From Octopus sinensis (Eukaryota): a stretch of 64,000 nt of DNA. Shown here piece after piece: positions 62,810-64,000 of this stretch. The notes beneath the pieces are model-generated. The model made no database searches, was not told where the DNA came from, and saw nothing but the letters and a program-made list of their open reading frames with translations. A program made the translations under genes and the position numbers. The stretch is taken from the NCBI RefSeq assembly GCF_006345805.1, contig NC_042998.1, positions 147,312,001-147,376,000 on the forward strand, read 5' to 3'. Position 1 is the first letter of the stretch, and the number at the start of each line of letters is the position of its first letter.

Positions 62810-64000
62810 GTAAGTGGGTAGCGAACTTCTTCACTACTTCAGGGAGTGACGACCCCCGCCTGACACGAGTTTCGGGATCAGCTGGCTCCGGCTGACAGTA
62901 CCCGGTATGGGTCCCTATCCAGGGTTACGGAAAGGAGACAACCTTCAAAGAAATCCGGAGAGGAGCCCCGAAGGCGGTTTAGTGTTCGACTCGACACTCT
63001 TCCGGCAGCTCCTGCAACCAAGCTGGTGCCAAACGTAATGCTCTTTACTCCTTTGGACTACATCAGCAAGGTCGAGAGAGAAATCCTGACGATTGGGCTA
63101 CCCAGGACTTTCTTATTTCTAGCCCAGGCCTGCGCAAAACTGGAGAGGACACTTCAGTGCTGCTGTAAAAAGCGGCAGAAAAAACACGGGAGGTAACAGT
63201 CACGAGTGATAAGTCCATTCAGACTGGCGTCAAATATTGGCGCTACGGGTTACCTCTGACGGTGGGAGGGACCTCTGTGTCATATTGGTTAGCTACTGCC
63301 CCCAGTTAATAAGGTGCTGACCCGCCACCGGCCGTCTGCTTCATTGGGTGCTTGGAGCTAAGAGTTTGACTTGAAAAGCGGCCTGCAACCTCTGCACCAG
63401 GCAAACAACTAAAAGACAAGAAAACACCAGTCCTGCGGTTAGCAAGCTGGAATGTCAGGACCATGTGCCCTGGAATATCTGATGATCTACTCAGGGTTGA
63501 AGACACAAGAAAAACGGCCATCATTGACCGTGAACTAAAGAGGCTTAACATAGACATTGCTGGGCTACAGGAGACAGGACTTACCTCAAACGGCTAACTC
63601 AAAGAACAGGATTTCACCTTCTTTTGGCAGGGAAGCGATACTGAAGAACCTCGTCAGCATGGGGTTGGCTTTGCAGTGAGAAACTCATGACTCTCCTCAA
63701 TAGAACCACCATCAGGAGGCACTGAGCATATCCTCTCACTGCGCCTCTCGACTTCTTCTGGCTCAGTACATCTACTGAGCATCTATGCTCCCACTCTCTA
63801 CAGCTCAGAGGAGACCAAGGACCAGTTCTACAAAGATCTCAACTGTATCATTAAAAATATACCAAACAAATGAAAACATCTATCTTCTAGGGGATTTTAA
63901 CGCTCGCGTGGGATCTGACCATGATTCGTGGCCCATTTGTGTTGGACACTTTGGTATTGACAACATGAATGACAATGGTCAGAGACTACTTGAATTTTGC
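62810..64000 (+). mobile_element. RTE-clade LINE, 5' UTR plus AP-endonuclease domain (decayed, runs off the window)
   Basis: LASWNVRTM, LNIDIAGLQET, HGVGFAV, SIYAPT, KDQFY, LGDFNARVG and NDNGQRLLEFC, with in-frame stops. A GC-rich leader spans 62810-63390. Confidence 0.92.

Overview
This is eukaryotic, repeat-saturated, AT-rich DNA, probably intronic or intergenic. The SINE families and the extreme microsatellite load suggest a coleoid cephalopod such as Octopus, which is an inference. I recognise no intact host gene, and almost all ORFs in the supplied track are microsatellite or low-complexity artefacts. The main feature is a near full-length, frameshifted Penelope-like retroelement (Neptune-type RT plus Cys linker plus GIY-YIG, minus strand, about 36470-41740). 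It has directly repeated pseudo-LTRs, each carrying a minimal hammerhead ribozyme motif, and sits in (TA)n. Other mobile DNA: four decayed mariner transposons, three R4/Dong-like RLE LINE pieces, the 5' part of an RTE LINE, and Gypsy, Tx1/L1, Helitron and possible Merlin remnants, plus dozens of copies of four tRNA-derived SINE families. Four signals stand out. (1) Several independent short non-coding, microsatellite-flanked elements carry minimal type-I hammerhead motifs, one with a fully canonical core. (2) One SINE joins its 3' end to the same internal nucleotide three times, suggesting site-specific processing or a circular/template-switch intermediate. (3) Several fold-back cassettes occur, some containing tRNA-like modules. 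(4) There is one candidate three-exon 58-aa ORF. All coordinates were read by eye and element boundaries are approximate.
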